Source of the DNA: an uncultured Halobacteriales archaeon | Lineage (GTDB): Archaea; Halobacteriota; Halobacteria; Halobacteriales; Haloarculaceae | Assembly (NCBI GenBank): GCA_964477945.1 | Contig: CAYZGA010000001.1 | Coordinates: 2,008 to 40,144, forward strand | Direction of reading: 5' to 3' | DNA: 38,137 bases | In this document: positions 1 through 11,778 of the stretch, piece after piece | Layout of the letters: each line of letters begins with the position of its first letter | Numbering within the stretch: the stretch's first letter is position 1 | Notes under the pieces: generated by a model | Databases searched by the model: none | Told to the model about the DNA's origin: nothing | The model's input: the letters and a program-made list of their open reading frames with translations, nothing else | Translations under genes and position numbers: made by a program

Positions 1-99
1 AGCGAGGAGACAGCAGGAGACGACGAGAGCATCGAGGACATCATCGACACGGTACCGAACCCGCCGGGTGCCACAGAGTCGGCACACGACCGGGAGTGA
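1..99 (+). CDS. 3' end of an unidentified acidic protein (partial, runs off window)
   Basis: Frame 1 is open from base 1 (SEETAGDDESIEDIIDTVPNPPGATESAHDRE) to TGA at 97-99. Acidic composition; converges on the gene ending at 109. Confidence 0.5.
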   Translation, partial: SEETAGDDESIEDIIDTVPNPPGATESAHDRE

Positions 100-108
100 G
101 ACCCGTGG

Positions 109-2277
<2,169 letters not shown>

Positions 2278-2288
2278 ATCGAATCAGT

Positions 2289-2313
2289 CTCCTCCAATAT
2301 TCAAAATTAAAAA
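2289..2313 (-). promoter_or_regulatory. Putative TATA box (TTTTTAAT) and SD-like GGAGGAG upstream of the 109-2277 gene
   Basis: The minus strand reads gtttttaattttgaatattggaggagactgattcgatATG. Confidence 0.5.
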
Positions 2314-2819
2314 CGGTCTGTCCCGGGAGTTATTCACAACAGATCGGTTCTTCGAGACAAATCCCTCGGCAATGTAGTCGCGCCCGGAATGTCCGGTCTG
2401 ACGACCTGTATCTGCAACTTCACCGATTTCAGACACCATCGAGCCAGCCCATATCGACGCACGTTTGTAATAATTCATATTATATTTTGGGGCGCGCACC
2501 TGAAAAGCATACTGAAGCGGCTATCATTAATATTAACGCCGGTTCTTTCTGTTTGATATTTATCTGGTCTCGAGTCGGGGTCAGGTACGCAGCACACCGA
2601 CCGGACACCGACAGCTCGTCGACAGTCGCACCGTTCGTGCCGGTTCCGCCCCCGGACAGCGGGTTCGCCACCGGTGCTCGTCCGCTCTTGGCCGGGAGAC
2701 GGCTGTCTTGGCGGTTCCGTCGGCGGTGCGGACTCTGTCGACCTGTTCGGTGCTGTCTGCTCGTCTCCCTCACAGAGACACGGTGGAGTCGTTCTCACCT
2801 GTCGCGTGGCGGTCGCAGG

Positions 2820-4166
2820 TCACCGGCGACGGCGGGCGACACGTGTCTCGGCGGTTTCCTCTGTGACGAGTTCGTACAGCAGGGCGCGGTCGCCGTCGCC
2901 GGTTGGACGGAGGATACGCCCGAGGCGCTGGGTAAACTCCCGCTCGCTGCCGGAGCCGGAGAGCAACACGGCCACGTTCGCCGCCGGCACGTCGACACCC
3001 TCGTCGAGGACGTTCGCGGTGACGACCCGCGAGTAGGTTCCCTCGCGGAACCGGTCGAGAATCTCGCGGCGCTCGCCGGCGCTCGTCTCGTGGGTGATTG
3101 CCGGGAGCAGGAACCGCCGGGAGAGCCGGTAGACGAGGTTGGTGTGGGCGGTGAAGACGATGACGCGGTCACCGCGGTGGCGGTCGAGCAGGGTCGCGAG
3201 GCGGTCGACCTTCTGTTCGGCGTTCATCATCACCTCGCGGGCGCGCTGTTTGGCGAGCAACGCCTCGCGGGCACGCGGGTCGGTGCCCGAGCGCTTGACC
3301 AGTTCCTGGTAGTCGTCGCCGCTGCGGAGGGTGATACTCGACTGCGCGAGGTAGTCGGTGAACGTCTCCTGGTTTCGCTCGTAGGTCTCGCGCTCCTCGG
3401 GGGTGAGCGCTACCTCGATGCGCTTGATGTCGTAGTCGGCGAGGTGGTCACCGGCGAGGTCGTCCGCGCTGTACCGCGAGACGACCGGGCCGAGCAGGTC
3501 CGCGACCACCTCGTGTGCGCCGTCGGGTCGCTCGAAGGTCGCCGTCAGCCCCATCCGGGCGGGTGCCGCGAGCAGGCGGGCGATGTCGCGGTAGCCCGCC
3601 CCGCCGAGGTGGTGGGCCTCGTCGAAGACGACGAACCCGAACCGGTCGCCGAGCTCCTCGGCGCGGAGGTACGCCGAGTCGTACGTCGAGACGGTGAGAT
3701 GCTCGACGCGCTGACTGTCCCCGCCGAGTCGCCCGACCGGTTGGTCGAACTCCCGGGTGAGTTCGCGGTGCCACTGGTCGAGCAGGTCGATGGTGGGGAC
3801 GACCACGAGTGTCGGTGTGTCGAGCGCGGCCATCGCCGCGACGGCGACGACCGTCTTGCCGCTCCCGGTCGGGAGTTCCACGACACCCCGGTCGCCGTTC
3901 TCCCGCCAGCTATCGAGCGCGGTCTGCTGGTACGCCCGCAACCCGTAGGTTGTCTCCAGGTCCAGCGTCGGCAGGTCCAGCACGTCGTCGGTGACGCGCA
4001 CCCCCGCACGGGCGAGTGCGGCGCGGACACGGTGGTACTCGAACGCCGGGGCGCGGGCCGTCTCCGAGCGAGGGTCGTACTCGAGGCGGTCTGTCGGCAG
4101 TGTCCCGGGCAGGTCCCCCTCGACCCGGACCGTGCCGGACTCGTAGCGCAGGCGGACGTCAGCCAC
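2820..4166 (-). CDS. SF2 DEAD/DEAH-box helicase, XPB/Rad25-like
   Basis: LRAYQ Q-motif, Walker A LPTGSGKT, DEAHH, motif III GLTATFER with RPD (RED-like), LDEGVDVP, QRLGRILR. GTG start with TTCATA about 25-30 nt upstream. Confidence 0.9.
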   Translation of the reverse strand: MADVRLRYESGTVRVEGDLPGTLPTDRLEYDPRSETARAPAFEYHRVRAALARAGVRVTDDVLDLPTLDLETTYGLRAYQQTALDSWRENGDRGVVELPTGSGKTVVAVAAMAALDTPTLVVVPTIDLLDQWHRELTREFDQPVGRLGGDSQRVEHLTVSTYDSAYLRAEELGDRFGFVVFDEAHHLGGAGYRDIARLLAAPARMGLTATFERPDGAHEVVADLLGPVVSRYSADDLAGDHLADYDIKRIEVALTPEERETYERNQETFTDYLAQSSITLRSGDDYQELVKRSGTDPRAREALLAKQRAREVMMNAEQKVDRLATLLDRHRGDRVIVFTAHTNLVYRLSRRFLLPAITHETSAGERREILDRFREGTYSRVVTANVLDEGVDVPAANVAVLLSGSGSEREFTQRLGRILRPTGDGDRALLYELVTEETAETRVARRRR

Positions 4167-4294
4167 ACCCTGACGTGGGGGCGCGGGGGTATGAACGGTG
4201 CGCCCGGTCGTCGGTGATGGGCGCGGGTCCCGGGGTCGGTCATCCCCAGAAACCGGGCGTATTTATTCCCCGAGCGATTACAGACCGCTAACTG
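4167..4294. promoter_or_regulatory. Divergent promoter region helicase / dnaJ
   Basis: TTTATT at 4262-4267 lies about 30 nt before the dnaJ ATG. TTCATA on the minus strand at 4196-4191 precedes the helicase GTG. Both spacings fit leaderless haloarchaeal transcripts. Confidence 0.55.
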
Positions 4295-5437
4295 ATGACC
4301 GAGGACTTCTACGATATTCTGGGAGTATCGCGGGACGCCTCCGAGGAGGAGGTCGAGCAGGCATACCGCGAGGCGGTCCGGAACTACCACCCGGACGTGA
4401 GCGACGACCCCGACGCGGAGGAGAAGTTCAAGAAGGCAAAAAAGGCAAAGGAGGTCCTGACCGACGAGGAAAAACGCGCACAGTACGACCAGTTGGGTCA
4501 CGAGCAGTTCGTCGAGGCCGAGAAGCGTGGCGCAACGGGTGGGAACGGCGGTGGAAACGCCCGCGGTGACCCGTTCGGTGGCGGTGCGGGACCGTTCGGT
4601 GATATGCAGGATATCTTCGACGAGTTCTTCGGCGGGAGCGGTTCGGGTGACCGGCCACAGCAGGGGCGGGACCTGAAGACGAACCTGACAATCGACCTGG
4701 AGACCGCGTACAACGGCACCGAGACGGAGGTGACGGTCACCCGACCGGAAACCTGTTCCGAGTGCAACGGCCGCGGACACCCGCCGGGGACCGATGCCCG
4801 AACCTGCCCGGAGTGTAACGGTCGGGGTCAGACCACCCGGGTCAGGCAGACCGCCTTTGGCCGGATGCAGCAGCGCTCGACCTGCCGGCGGTGTGGCGGC
4901 GAGGGCACGCTCTACGAGGCGACCTGCTCGTCGTGTGGTGGTGACGGTATCGTCCGGAACCAGGCGACGCTCTCTGTCGAGATTCCCGCCGGTATCCGGG
5001 ACGGCCAGAGCCTCCGGATGGACGGCGAGGGCGCACCGAGTGAGGGGGGTGCACGCAACGGCGACCTGCTCATCGAGATATCGGTCGAGGACCACCCGGA
5101 GTTCGACCGTGACGGCGACGACCTGGTCACGCGCGAACTCGTCTCGTTCCCGCAGGCGGTGTTCGGTGACACGCTGACCGTCGACACGCTCGACGGCACC
5201 GTCGAGTTCGACCTGCCGGCGGGCACGCAGAGCGGCGAGACGTTCCGGCTGTCGGGAAAGGGGATGCCCCGCCTGCGCGGTCGTGGGCGCGGTGACCTCT
5301 ACATCAAGGTGCAGGTGTTCACGCCGGACAGTCTCAACGCGGAGCAACGCGAGGCGCTCGAACAGTTCGCGGCCGCCGGCGGCGAGGAGATCGAGGTCGA
5401 ACAGGGTTTCTTCGACCGCCTTCGCAACAGCCTGTGA
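4295..5437 (+). CDS. dnaJ: Molecular chaperone DnaJ (class A)
   Basis: J domain DFYDILGV...YHPD, G/F-rich region with DIFDEFFGG, four CxxCxGxG repeats (CSECNGRG, CPECNGRG, CRRCGGEG, CSSCGGDG), C-terminal GKGMP...GDL. Confidence 0.97.
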   Translation: MTEDFYDILGVSRDASEEEVEQAYREAVRNYHPDVSDDPDAEEKFKKAKKAKEVLTDEEKRAQYDQLGHEQFVEAEKRGATGGNGGGNARGDPFGGGAGPFGDMQDIFDEFFGGSGSGDRPQQGRDLKTNLTIDLETAYNGTETEVTVTRPETCSECNGRGHPPGTDARTCPECNGRGQTTRVRQTAFGRMQQRSTCRRCGGEGTLYEATCSSCGGDGIVRNQATLSVEIPAGIRDGQSLRMDGEGAPSEGGARNGDLLIEISVEDHPEFDRDGDDLVTRELVSFPQAVFGDTLTVDTLDGTVEFDLPAGTQSGETFRLSGKGMPRLRGRGRGDLYIKVQVFTPDSLNAEQREALEQFAAAGGEEIEVEQGFFDRLRNSL

Positions 5438-6159
5438 TGGACACCGTCGCCGACCTGGTGGCGGCCGGTCGCGAGCGCGACGGGGTCGCCATCGACGCGC
5501 CGAACCGGGCCACACCGTACAGCTACGGCGAGTTCTGCACGAACACCTGGAAGGCGGGCAACCTGCTCGGCCACTACACCCACCCCGGCGGGCGTGTCGC
5601 GGTGATGGTCGGCCCGAAGACCGGCGGGGTCGACCGGACGGGAGCGGTCGACGCGGGCGACCCCGTGCTGGCGACACTCGGCGGGACCCTCGTGGGGGCG
5701 ACAGTCGACCTGTCTCCGGACTCGCCCGTCGACGCCGACGCGCTCGTCCGGCCAGCCGGCGCGGCGTGGCGCGAGGCGTACCCCGCCGCCCCGGGGTGTT
5801 CGGTTCTCGCCTACGGGGGCGGGTCCGACACCGCGGCCGTCGAGGGGTTCGAGGCCGCGCTCTGGAGCGAGAACCCCGTCGCACCACCCGAGCGTGTCGA
5901 CCGGGGGACACCCGCCGTCCACACCACGGCAGGAACACACAGCCACGGTGACCTGGTCGACGCGGCAGCGGATGTCGTCGACCGGCACGGACTGGACGGG
6001 TCGAGCGAGGTTCTGCTCGCGGGTGACCTGCGCGAGCGGGCGGTGCTGGTCGCCGGCGTGCTCGCCCCGCTGTCGGTCGGCGGGACCGTCCTGCTGGACG
6101 ACCCGCCGGACGCTGTGGCGCTGGTCGCCGACGGCGAGCGCGAGGGTCGAAAGGACTAA
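5437..6159 (+). CDS. Truncated/degenerate AMP-binding (acyl-CoA synthetase-like N-terminal) protein
   Basis: ATG overlaps the dnaJ stop (TGATG). YSYGEF...KAGNLL...GGRVAV resembles the start of ANL-superfamily enzymes and SHGDL...LAPLSVGGTVLL the post-P-loop part, but there is no intact YTSGTTG and only 240 aa. Confidence 0.6.
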   Translation: MDTVADLVAAGRERDGVAIDAPNRATPYSYGEFCTNTWKAGNLLGHYTHPGGRVAVMVGPKTGGVDRTGAVDAGDPVLATLGGTLVGATVDLSPDSPVDADALVRPAGAAWREAYPAAPGCSVLAYGGGSDTAAVEGFEAALWSENPVAPPERVDRGTPAVHTTAGTHSHGDLVDAAADVVDRHGLDGSSEVLLAGDLRERAVLVAGVLAPLSVGGTVLLDDPPDAVALVADGEREGRKD

Positions 6160-6183
6160 CCCCCGAGGCGAGTATCCTGTGGC

Positions 6184-6759
6184 ATGAGCAACAACGAGGC
6201 CGGGGAGTACTACACCGCGGAGCGCTGGCAGAACTGGCTCGAACGTCTCCGCGAGGCGGACCTCGACCCGGAGGACGACGAGTTCGTCAGACTCCTCGGA
6301 AACCTCCAGTACGACACGGCGATCGCGGTGGCGAAGATTCTCGCGGACTACGACGACGGCCCGCTCGACGAGGAACAGGCGCTCACCGAACTCGGGGAGA
6401 TCCGCGAGGTGGTGTTCGAGGATGCCGCACTCGACGACGAGGCGGCGGCAATGCTGCTCGACGGGGCCCAGACGTCGCTACGGTGTGTGCTGTCCGCCGC
6501 ACTCGCCTACGTGGCCGACGGTCCCGTCGAGGGGAGCGTCGGGGCGTACGTCGAGGCCGCCGCCGAGGCCGAGGCCGAGGAGAACCTCGACGCGGCCTTC
6601 GACTACTGCATCCAGGCGGGCACACTCGTCATCGACGGCCAGTCACTCGATATCGAACTCACCGAGGATATCGAGTTCGGGTTCGTCACCGAGTGGGTCA
6701 ACGGCCTCGACAGCCTCCAGCGTGCGATGAGCGATCCCGAGTTCGTCGAGGAGGAGTGA
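6184..6759 (+). CDS. Conserved archaeal protein, DUF2150-like
   Basis: YYTAERWQNWLERL...NLQYDTAIAVAKI...EWVNGLDSL recognised from memory as the archaeal DUF2150 family; very acidic. Confidence 0.75.
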   Translation: MSNNEAGEYYTAERWQNWLERLREADLDPEDDEFVRLLGNLQYDTAIAVAKILADYDDGPLDEEQALTELGEIREVVFEDAALDDEAAAMLLDGAQTSLRCVLSAALAYVADGPVEGSVGAYVEAAAEAEAEENLDAAFDYCIQAGTLVIDGQSLDIELTEDIEFGFVTEWVNGLDSLQRAMSDPEFVEEE

Positions 6760-6846
6760 AACCGGTACACGACCGGGTGTTCTCTCCCCCTGAAAACGCC
6801 TCATCGGGCGAGAGAACCGCTACCGCCGGGAATCCCGGAATGAATC

Positions 6847-6860
6847 CGAAGCTATTTTAA
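6847..6860 (+). promoter_or_regulatory. BRE/TATA promoter of the giant pilin-like gene
   Basis: CGAAgctaTTTTAA about 29-42 nt upstream of ATG 6889. Confidence 0.65.
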
Positions 6861-6888
6861 CCTCCCAATCATACATAATCAACAACAC

Positions 6889-9800
6889 ATGAGTGGGTGG
6901 AGTAGCGGTACGGATAGGATAGCCAGCGCGCTTCGCGCGCTGCGCGAGCGCGGTCAATCAGAGACACTCGGGGTGGCGTTGCTGACCGGTATCGTCGTCA
7001 TACTGGTGGCGGTCACGGGACTGTTTCTCTTCGCGGACTTTGGGGCCGACGACGAGGAACAGCTGCTCGCTACCGTCCAGGGTGATATTAACCCGACGAA
7101 CATAACCATCTCACACGAGGGTGGTGACAGTTTCAACACCGGCGATATCGAGGTGGTCCTGTCGGGTGATACGAACCGGGAGTGGACACTGGACCACTTC
7201 AACGAGACAGAGGGTAACAACGGCGAGTTCGCGCCCGGCGACCAGTGGTTCACGAACAAGACAGGGGGGGCCATCGTCGGCGAGGGCCGGATGCTCGTCG
7301 TGCACAGACCGACCAACACGGTGTTGCTGGACCAGCCGTACTCCATCAGTCAGGACGGCGTGACGCTGCTCGTCGAGTCACTGCCGGACAACAGTCTCCA
7401 GAGCGGCAACGCGCAGGTCTACGGTGAGTCGGGCGGCAAACTCTGGAACTACTCGCTGCGGGTCACACTCGACGGCACGCAGTACGTGAACCCCAACAGC
7501 AGTGAAATCGACTACACTCTCGATATCTCTAATGTTAATGGAATAACGGATTACTACAAGAACAACGGGACTATCAGAGTTATCAACGACACCGGTAGCG
7601 GCACCGTCACCGCGAACATCCCCAACGTCTCCACGAACCCGGACATCACGGTAGACGTTCTGCCGCCGCCGAAGTTCTCGATAACGAACACGAACCTGAC
7701 GGTACTGAGCCAGGGTGCGGCTAACCCCAACGGCGGGCCGGGTCTCCGGCCTGCCGGTTCGGGACTCAGCACACAGTCCGGTCAGTTCGGCACGCTGGCG
7801 GGTCCCGGTACGTGGGTCAGCGATACGGTCATGCTGAACGCGACCGTCGAGAACACCGGTGGTGCAGTTGGTGAACAGACGCTCGAACTCGTTATCGAGG
7901 GTGGTCCCGGCGGCGGGAAGAACTACTCCGCGACGGAAACAACGACCATGACGGTGTCCAGCGGTGAGACAAGGTACGCGGAGTTCACGCACACGGTCCC
8001 CAAGAACGCCAAACACGGCTACTACACGTTCGCTGTCAATCCGGAGAAAGGCAGTCCCGACCAACTCACGAACTGGTTCGACGAACCTGCCGAGTACAAC
8101 ATAACCGACGTGCGGGTGAACAGTACGGTGGAGAAAGGAAATCCGCTCTCGCTCGATGCAACTATCAACAACACCGGAAGTGTTAGCGGCGACAAAACTC
8201 TCAGATTCTCGATCACCGGATTCAGCGCCAGCGGTCTGGAGCAAACGAAACAGAACGTGTCTGTCGACGGTAACTACAGTTCGAGTTCACTCCCCAGCAA
8301 CTTCACCGTGGACACGGGTAGTATCTCTGGCCTGCGCGGCAGTTTCCCCGCGACGCTCGAGGTGGTGGACAACGGCACGGTCGAGGATACAGAGAACTTC
8401 TTCGTGAACGTGCTTCAGTTCGACGTGAGTGCGACGGCAAAGTCAGTCGACCTCTTCCCGAACCCAGGTGATATTACTGTCGAGGCCACTGTCGACCCTA
8501 CCGTCCAAGAACTCGGGACATCGATTACCGTCCCCGTCGAACTCGACGAGAGTCCGCTGATTCAGGGCTCTAACAGTATCACGAAAACGGTCACGTTCCC
8601 CGCGAGCAACAACCCCAGTTCGAAGACGGTCGACTTCACTGTCTCGCCGGATTACACGAACGTAGTGAGGTTCCCGACAACCTACAGCCTCGACGTGAAC
8701 GAGACGAGGACGGGTTCGGGTGACGAGCTGGACCTGACATTCGAGGCGTCCGACGTCGTCATCGATATAACCAGTGTCCAGCCCAGCGGCCCGATAGGTG
8801 TGAACCAGACCGTTACTGTCGATTACACCCTCAAGAACAATGGGAACCTACCTGCCACTGTCACGCCACAGCTAGTGACGGGTAACGGGGACGTTGCGGA
8901 TACTGATAACACACTTACTGTAGACCCGGACGGCAGCGACAAAGCAAACGAAGATCTCAAACTCGACGACCCCGGCAAACTCGGTTACAGCAACGGCGAA
9001 ACCATCGACCTGAACGCGCGAGCGCTGCGGGCAGGAACAACCAATGTACTCGACGCCGACACTGACTCCGTGAGCATCAAACAGGCGCCGTTCTTCGAGG
9101 TGAAGGGTTTCACCCTGAAAAACCCCGGCACGAACTACTCAGTCGGGGACACGGTCACGCTGAGCGCGACCATCGAGAACACCGGGGGCAAGAGCGACAC
9201 GCAGACGCTCGACCTGTCGACAAGCCCCTCCAGCGGACTCTCGGAGAAGAATCCGGGGAAAACGACCAACCTCGGCCCGGGTGGTACAGAGACCGTCGAG
9301 TTCGAACTCGACGCGAACAGCCCCGGCTCGTACAGCGTCACGGTTTCGACGGAAAACGACAGCGATTCTGTGACAGTAGATGTCCTGCAGCCGCCGGATT
9401 TCCAAATCACCAACACGCTGCTCGACAAGTCGGCGACGGCCGGTGACAACGTGTCTGTCACGCCCGAGATAGAGAACACCGGAAGCGTCGAGGGGACACA
9501 GACCGTGACCTTCGACATTCCGGGTGTCGGGACAGCCACGGACACCATCACGCTCGGGCCAAACGACCCGCCACAGGACGTACCACTGGAGATTGATACC
9601 GCCAAGAGTGACACTGGAACGTACACCGGAACCGTCAGCACCGAAAATGACTCTCAGACGTTCGCTGTCGACCTGGGAGCGCCGGCAGTATTCGACGTGA
9701 GTTTCACCGGGTCGAACTCGCCGGTGGTGGAGGGTAACGACCTCACAGTGGATATCCGCGTCGAGAACACCGGCGGAGTACAGGGTACGCAGGACGTGAC

Positions 9801-11778
9801 GCTGACAGTGGGCGGCGGGTCTCTGTACCAGAACACCTGGTCCGGCATCACTCTCGACCCCAACGGCGTCTACACGGACACGGCCACCATCCCGACGTCG
9901 GACGGTGACGCGGGGACCTACACCGCCGAGTTGACGAGCGACGACACCACCGCCACGAGGGACGTGACGGTGGAGACGCCGGCGAACCTGGTGGTCCGGG
10001 ACGTGACCGCGAGTGACGTCCAGGCCGGTCAGGACATAACCGTCTACGCGGAAATCGAGAACACCGGCGGACGGGCCGCCTCCGGACAGATAGTCGATAT
10101 GAACATCGACACCCTGGGTGGCAACTCACAGACGGTGACAATCAACAGCGGGAGCCAGCAGAACGTGAGCTTCGACCCAGTTTCCACCCAGTTCGGTGAC
10201 GGCGGTGGAACCGGCAACGGTGAGACCTACGACGTGACCGTCGACACCGGCGACGATACCGGTACCGGCACCGTGAGTGTCGTGCCGCCGCCGGAGGGCA
10301 AGATACGGATAGACAGCATCACCTCTCCGGGGAGTATCGACATCGGTGACCCCATCGAGTTCAACGTCAAACTGAAAAACGTCGGTGGGCAGCCGATAAA
10401 AGGCTCCGACGCGGAGTGGGACTACCTCGACCTGCTCGATACGAACGAGGACAGCCTCGAGGGCTTCGTCTCGGCCAACGATATAAAGAATCTCGCACCG
10501 GGCAAGACGACACAGAAGACGCTGACCTACTCTGCCAGCACCATCTCCTCGCGGTACGCGCCCGGTGACACCGTCGACTGGCTGGTCGGTCTCACCTACG
10601 GTAACAGCACCACCATCGGTACGCCCGGCACCACCGACATCAACGGGGACGCGCTGAGCGTCTCCTCGGTGAGTGTCGGTCAGGTTCGCATCCCCGAGGG
10701 TGGGTCCGTCGACTTCGACATCACCTACACGATAGACAACCCGAACAGCGTGGCGGTGGACGCGACGGTCGACCTGAACGTGTGTGACAACGGTTGCAAC
10801 ACGGTCAAAACGGAGACAAAGAGCGTCGCTCCCGGCGGAGAGACGTTCACCGCCTCGAACGCGGGAACGGTCAGCGAGTCGCACCTCCCGGCGAACAGCG
10901 GTATCAAGATAGAGGTCGATATGCAGGGCGGTAACAAGGAGAGCGACACACTCGCTGTCGAGGCGATACGCATCACCAGCACCTCCGTCTCGAATACGGT
11001 CCACCCGTACAAGACGGTGAGCAAGAGCGATATCACGGCCACAGTCGAGAACAAGGGCTCGGTGTCGACATCTGCGTACGTCCACACGGGTGTCGACTTC
11101 GACATGGAGACGGTACTCAGCAACGGGAACGAGGACGACACCGCGTACGTCGACTACCTCAACCCGGGTGACTCAGCCTCGGAGAACCTGGATATCAACG
11201 AGGGCCGGTACGGGACCAGCGATAGCGTGTACATCGCGCTCTCGTATGACTTCTCCGGAAGCGAGTTCGTCGAGGACGATTACGGCGGGTACGCGACGTT
11301 CGACATCGTGAACTCCTTCTGGAGTGACTCGACGCCGATTGGGGATGTCGAAATCGTCGACAAAGGGTTCGGCACGGGTCTGATAGCCGAGACGACCGTC
11401 GACAACATCGATGTCGTCGACCCGTACAACGCACTCGACAGTTCGACGGGCATCAGACTGGATATCGAAGAGGCAGACGGCGGGCTCAATCCCACCGGCA
11501 ACGATGTCTCGTGCAACGAGGTTTCGAAGTTCAGCAGTTCCGTGTTCACGTCGATAGGCGACGGTGCCGGTGGTCCCGAACTCATCCTGGTCGCGCTCCA
11601 CTTCCAGAACAGCAACGGGAACCTTCCGGCGTTCGAAACCGACAGCAGTACCGGACTGAACAGTTACTTCAGCGACGACGGGTGGGGACCGTCCGTGGGT
11701 GACGGTGACCCCTTCTTCTACCTCACGCCCAGCGGAACCCAGACCGCACCTGGCCCGGGTTTCCCGTCAAACTGCTGA
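6889..11778 (+). CDS. Giant type IV pilin N-terminal domain protein with ~10 CARDB-like Ig repeats (putative adhesin)
   Basis: ERG/QSETLGVALLTGIVVILVAVTGLFLF class III signal, then archaeal Pilin_N features (ITISHEGGDS, FAPGDQW, LVVHRPTNTVL). Repeated (V/I)xN(T/K/N/V)G motifs; Thr/Asn/Asp/Val-rich; many N-x-S/T sequons; no C-terminal TM anchor. Confidence 0.85.
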   Translation: MSGWSSGTDRIASALRALRERGQSETLGVALLTGIVVILVAVTGLFLFADFGADDEEQLLATVQGDINPTNITISHEGGDSFNTGDIEVVLSGDTNREWTLDHFNETEGNNGEFAPGDQWFTNKTGGAIVGEGRMLVVHRPTNTVLLDQPYSISQDGVTLLVESLPDNSLQSGNAQVYGESGGKLWNYSLRVTLDGTQYVNPNSSEIDYTLDISNVNGITDYYKNNGTIRVINDTGSGTVTANIPNVSTNPDITVDVLPPPKFSITNTNLTVLSQGAANPNGGPGLRPAGSGLSTQSGQFGTLAGPGTWVSDTVMLNATVENTGGAVGEQTLELVIEGGPGGGKNYSATETTTMTVSSGETRYAEFTHTVPKNAKHGYYTFAVNPEKGSPDQLTNWFDEPAEYNITDVRVNSTVEKGNPLSLDATINNTGSVSGDKTLRFSITGFSASGLEQTKQNVSVDGNYSSSSLPSNFTVDTGSISGLRGSFPATLEVVDNGTVEDTENFFVNVLQFDVSATAKSVDLFPNPGDITVEATVDPTVQELGTSITVPVELDESPLIQGSNSITKTVTFPASNNPSSKTVDFTVSPDYTNVVRFPTTYSLDVNETRTGSGDELDLTFEASDVVIDITSVQPSGPIGVNQTVTVDYTLKNNGNLPATVTPQLVTGNGDVADTDNTLTVDPDGSDKANEDLKLDDPGKLGYSNGETIDLNARALRAGTTNVLDADTDSVSIKQAPFFEVKGFTLKNPGTNYSVGDTVTLSATIENTGGKSDTQTLDLSTSPSSGLSEKNPGKTTNLGPGGTETVEFELDANSPGSYSVTVSTENDSDSVTVDVLQPPDFQITNTLLDKSATAGDNVSVTPEIENTGSVEGTQTVTFDIPGVGTATDTITLGPNDPPQDVPLEIDTAKSDTGTYTGTVSTENDSQTFAVDLGAPAVFDVSFTGSNSPVVEGNDLTVDIRVENTGGVQGTQDVTLTVGGGSLYQNTWSGITLDPNGVYTDTATIPTSDGDAGTYTAELTSDDTTATRDVTVETPANLVVRDVTASDVQAGQDITVYAEIENTGGRAASGQIVDMNIDTLGGNSQTVTINSGSQQNVSFDPVSTQFGDGGGTGNGETYDVTVDTGDDTGTGTVSVVPPPEGKIRIDSITSPGSIDIGDPIEFNVKLKNVGGQPIKGSDAEWDYLDLLDTNEDSLEGFVSANDIKNLAPGKTTQKTLTYSASTISSRYAPGDTVDWLVGLTYGNSTTIGTPGTTDINGDALSVSSVSVGQVRIPEGGSVDFDITYTIDNPNSVAVDATVDLNVCDNGCNTVKTETKSVAPGGETFTASNAGTVSESHLPANSGIKIEVDMQGGNKESDTLAVEAIRITSTSVSNTVHPYKTVSKSDITATVENKGSVSTSAYVHTGVDFDMETVLSNGNEDDTAYVDYLNPGDSASENLDINEGRYGTSDSVYIALSYDFSGSEFVEDDYGGYATFDIVNSFWSDSTPIGDVEIVDKGFGTGLIAETTVDNIDVVDPYNALDSSTGIRLDIEEADGGLNPTGNDVSCNEVSKFSSSVFTSIGDGAGGPELILVALHFQNSNGNLPAFETDSSTGLNSYFSDDGWGPSVGDGDPFFYLTPSGTQTAPGPGFPSNC

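Noticed and set aside
2284..2499. 71-aa ORF upstream of the first pilin-like gene
   Set aside because: TTG start, non-acidic composition, overlaps the putative promoter, no recognisable motif.
3545..5938. 797-aa antisense ORF over the helicase/dnaJ region, and other long shadow ORFs (2487-4217, 14098-15921, 23404-25068, 36411-37766)
   Set aside because: They overlap well-supported genes and have Arg/Pro-rich or antisense-mirror composition. This is the expected stop-codon scarcity in GC-rich DNA.
11749..11778. PGF near the C-terminus of the giant adhesin as a PGF-CTERM archaeosortase signal
   Set aside because: It is followed only by PSNC-stop, with no hydrophobic helix or basic tail, and I saw none in alternative frames.
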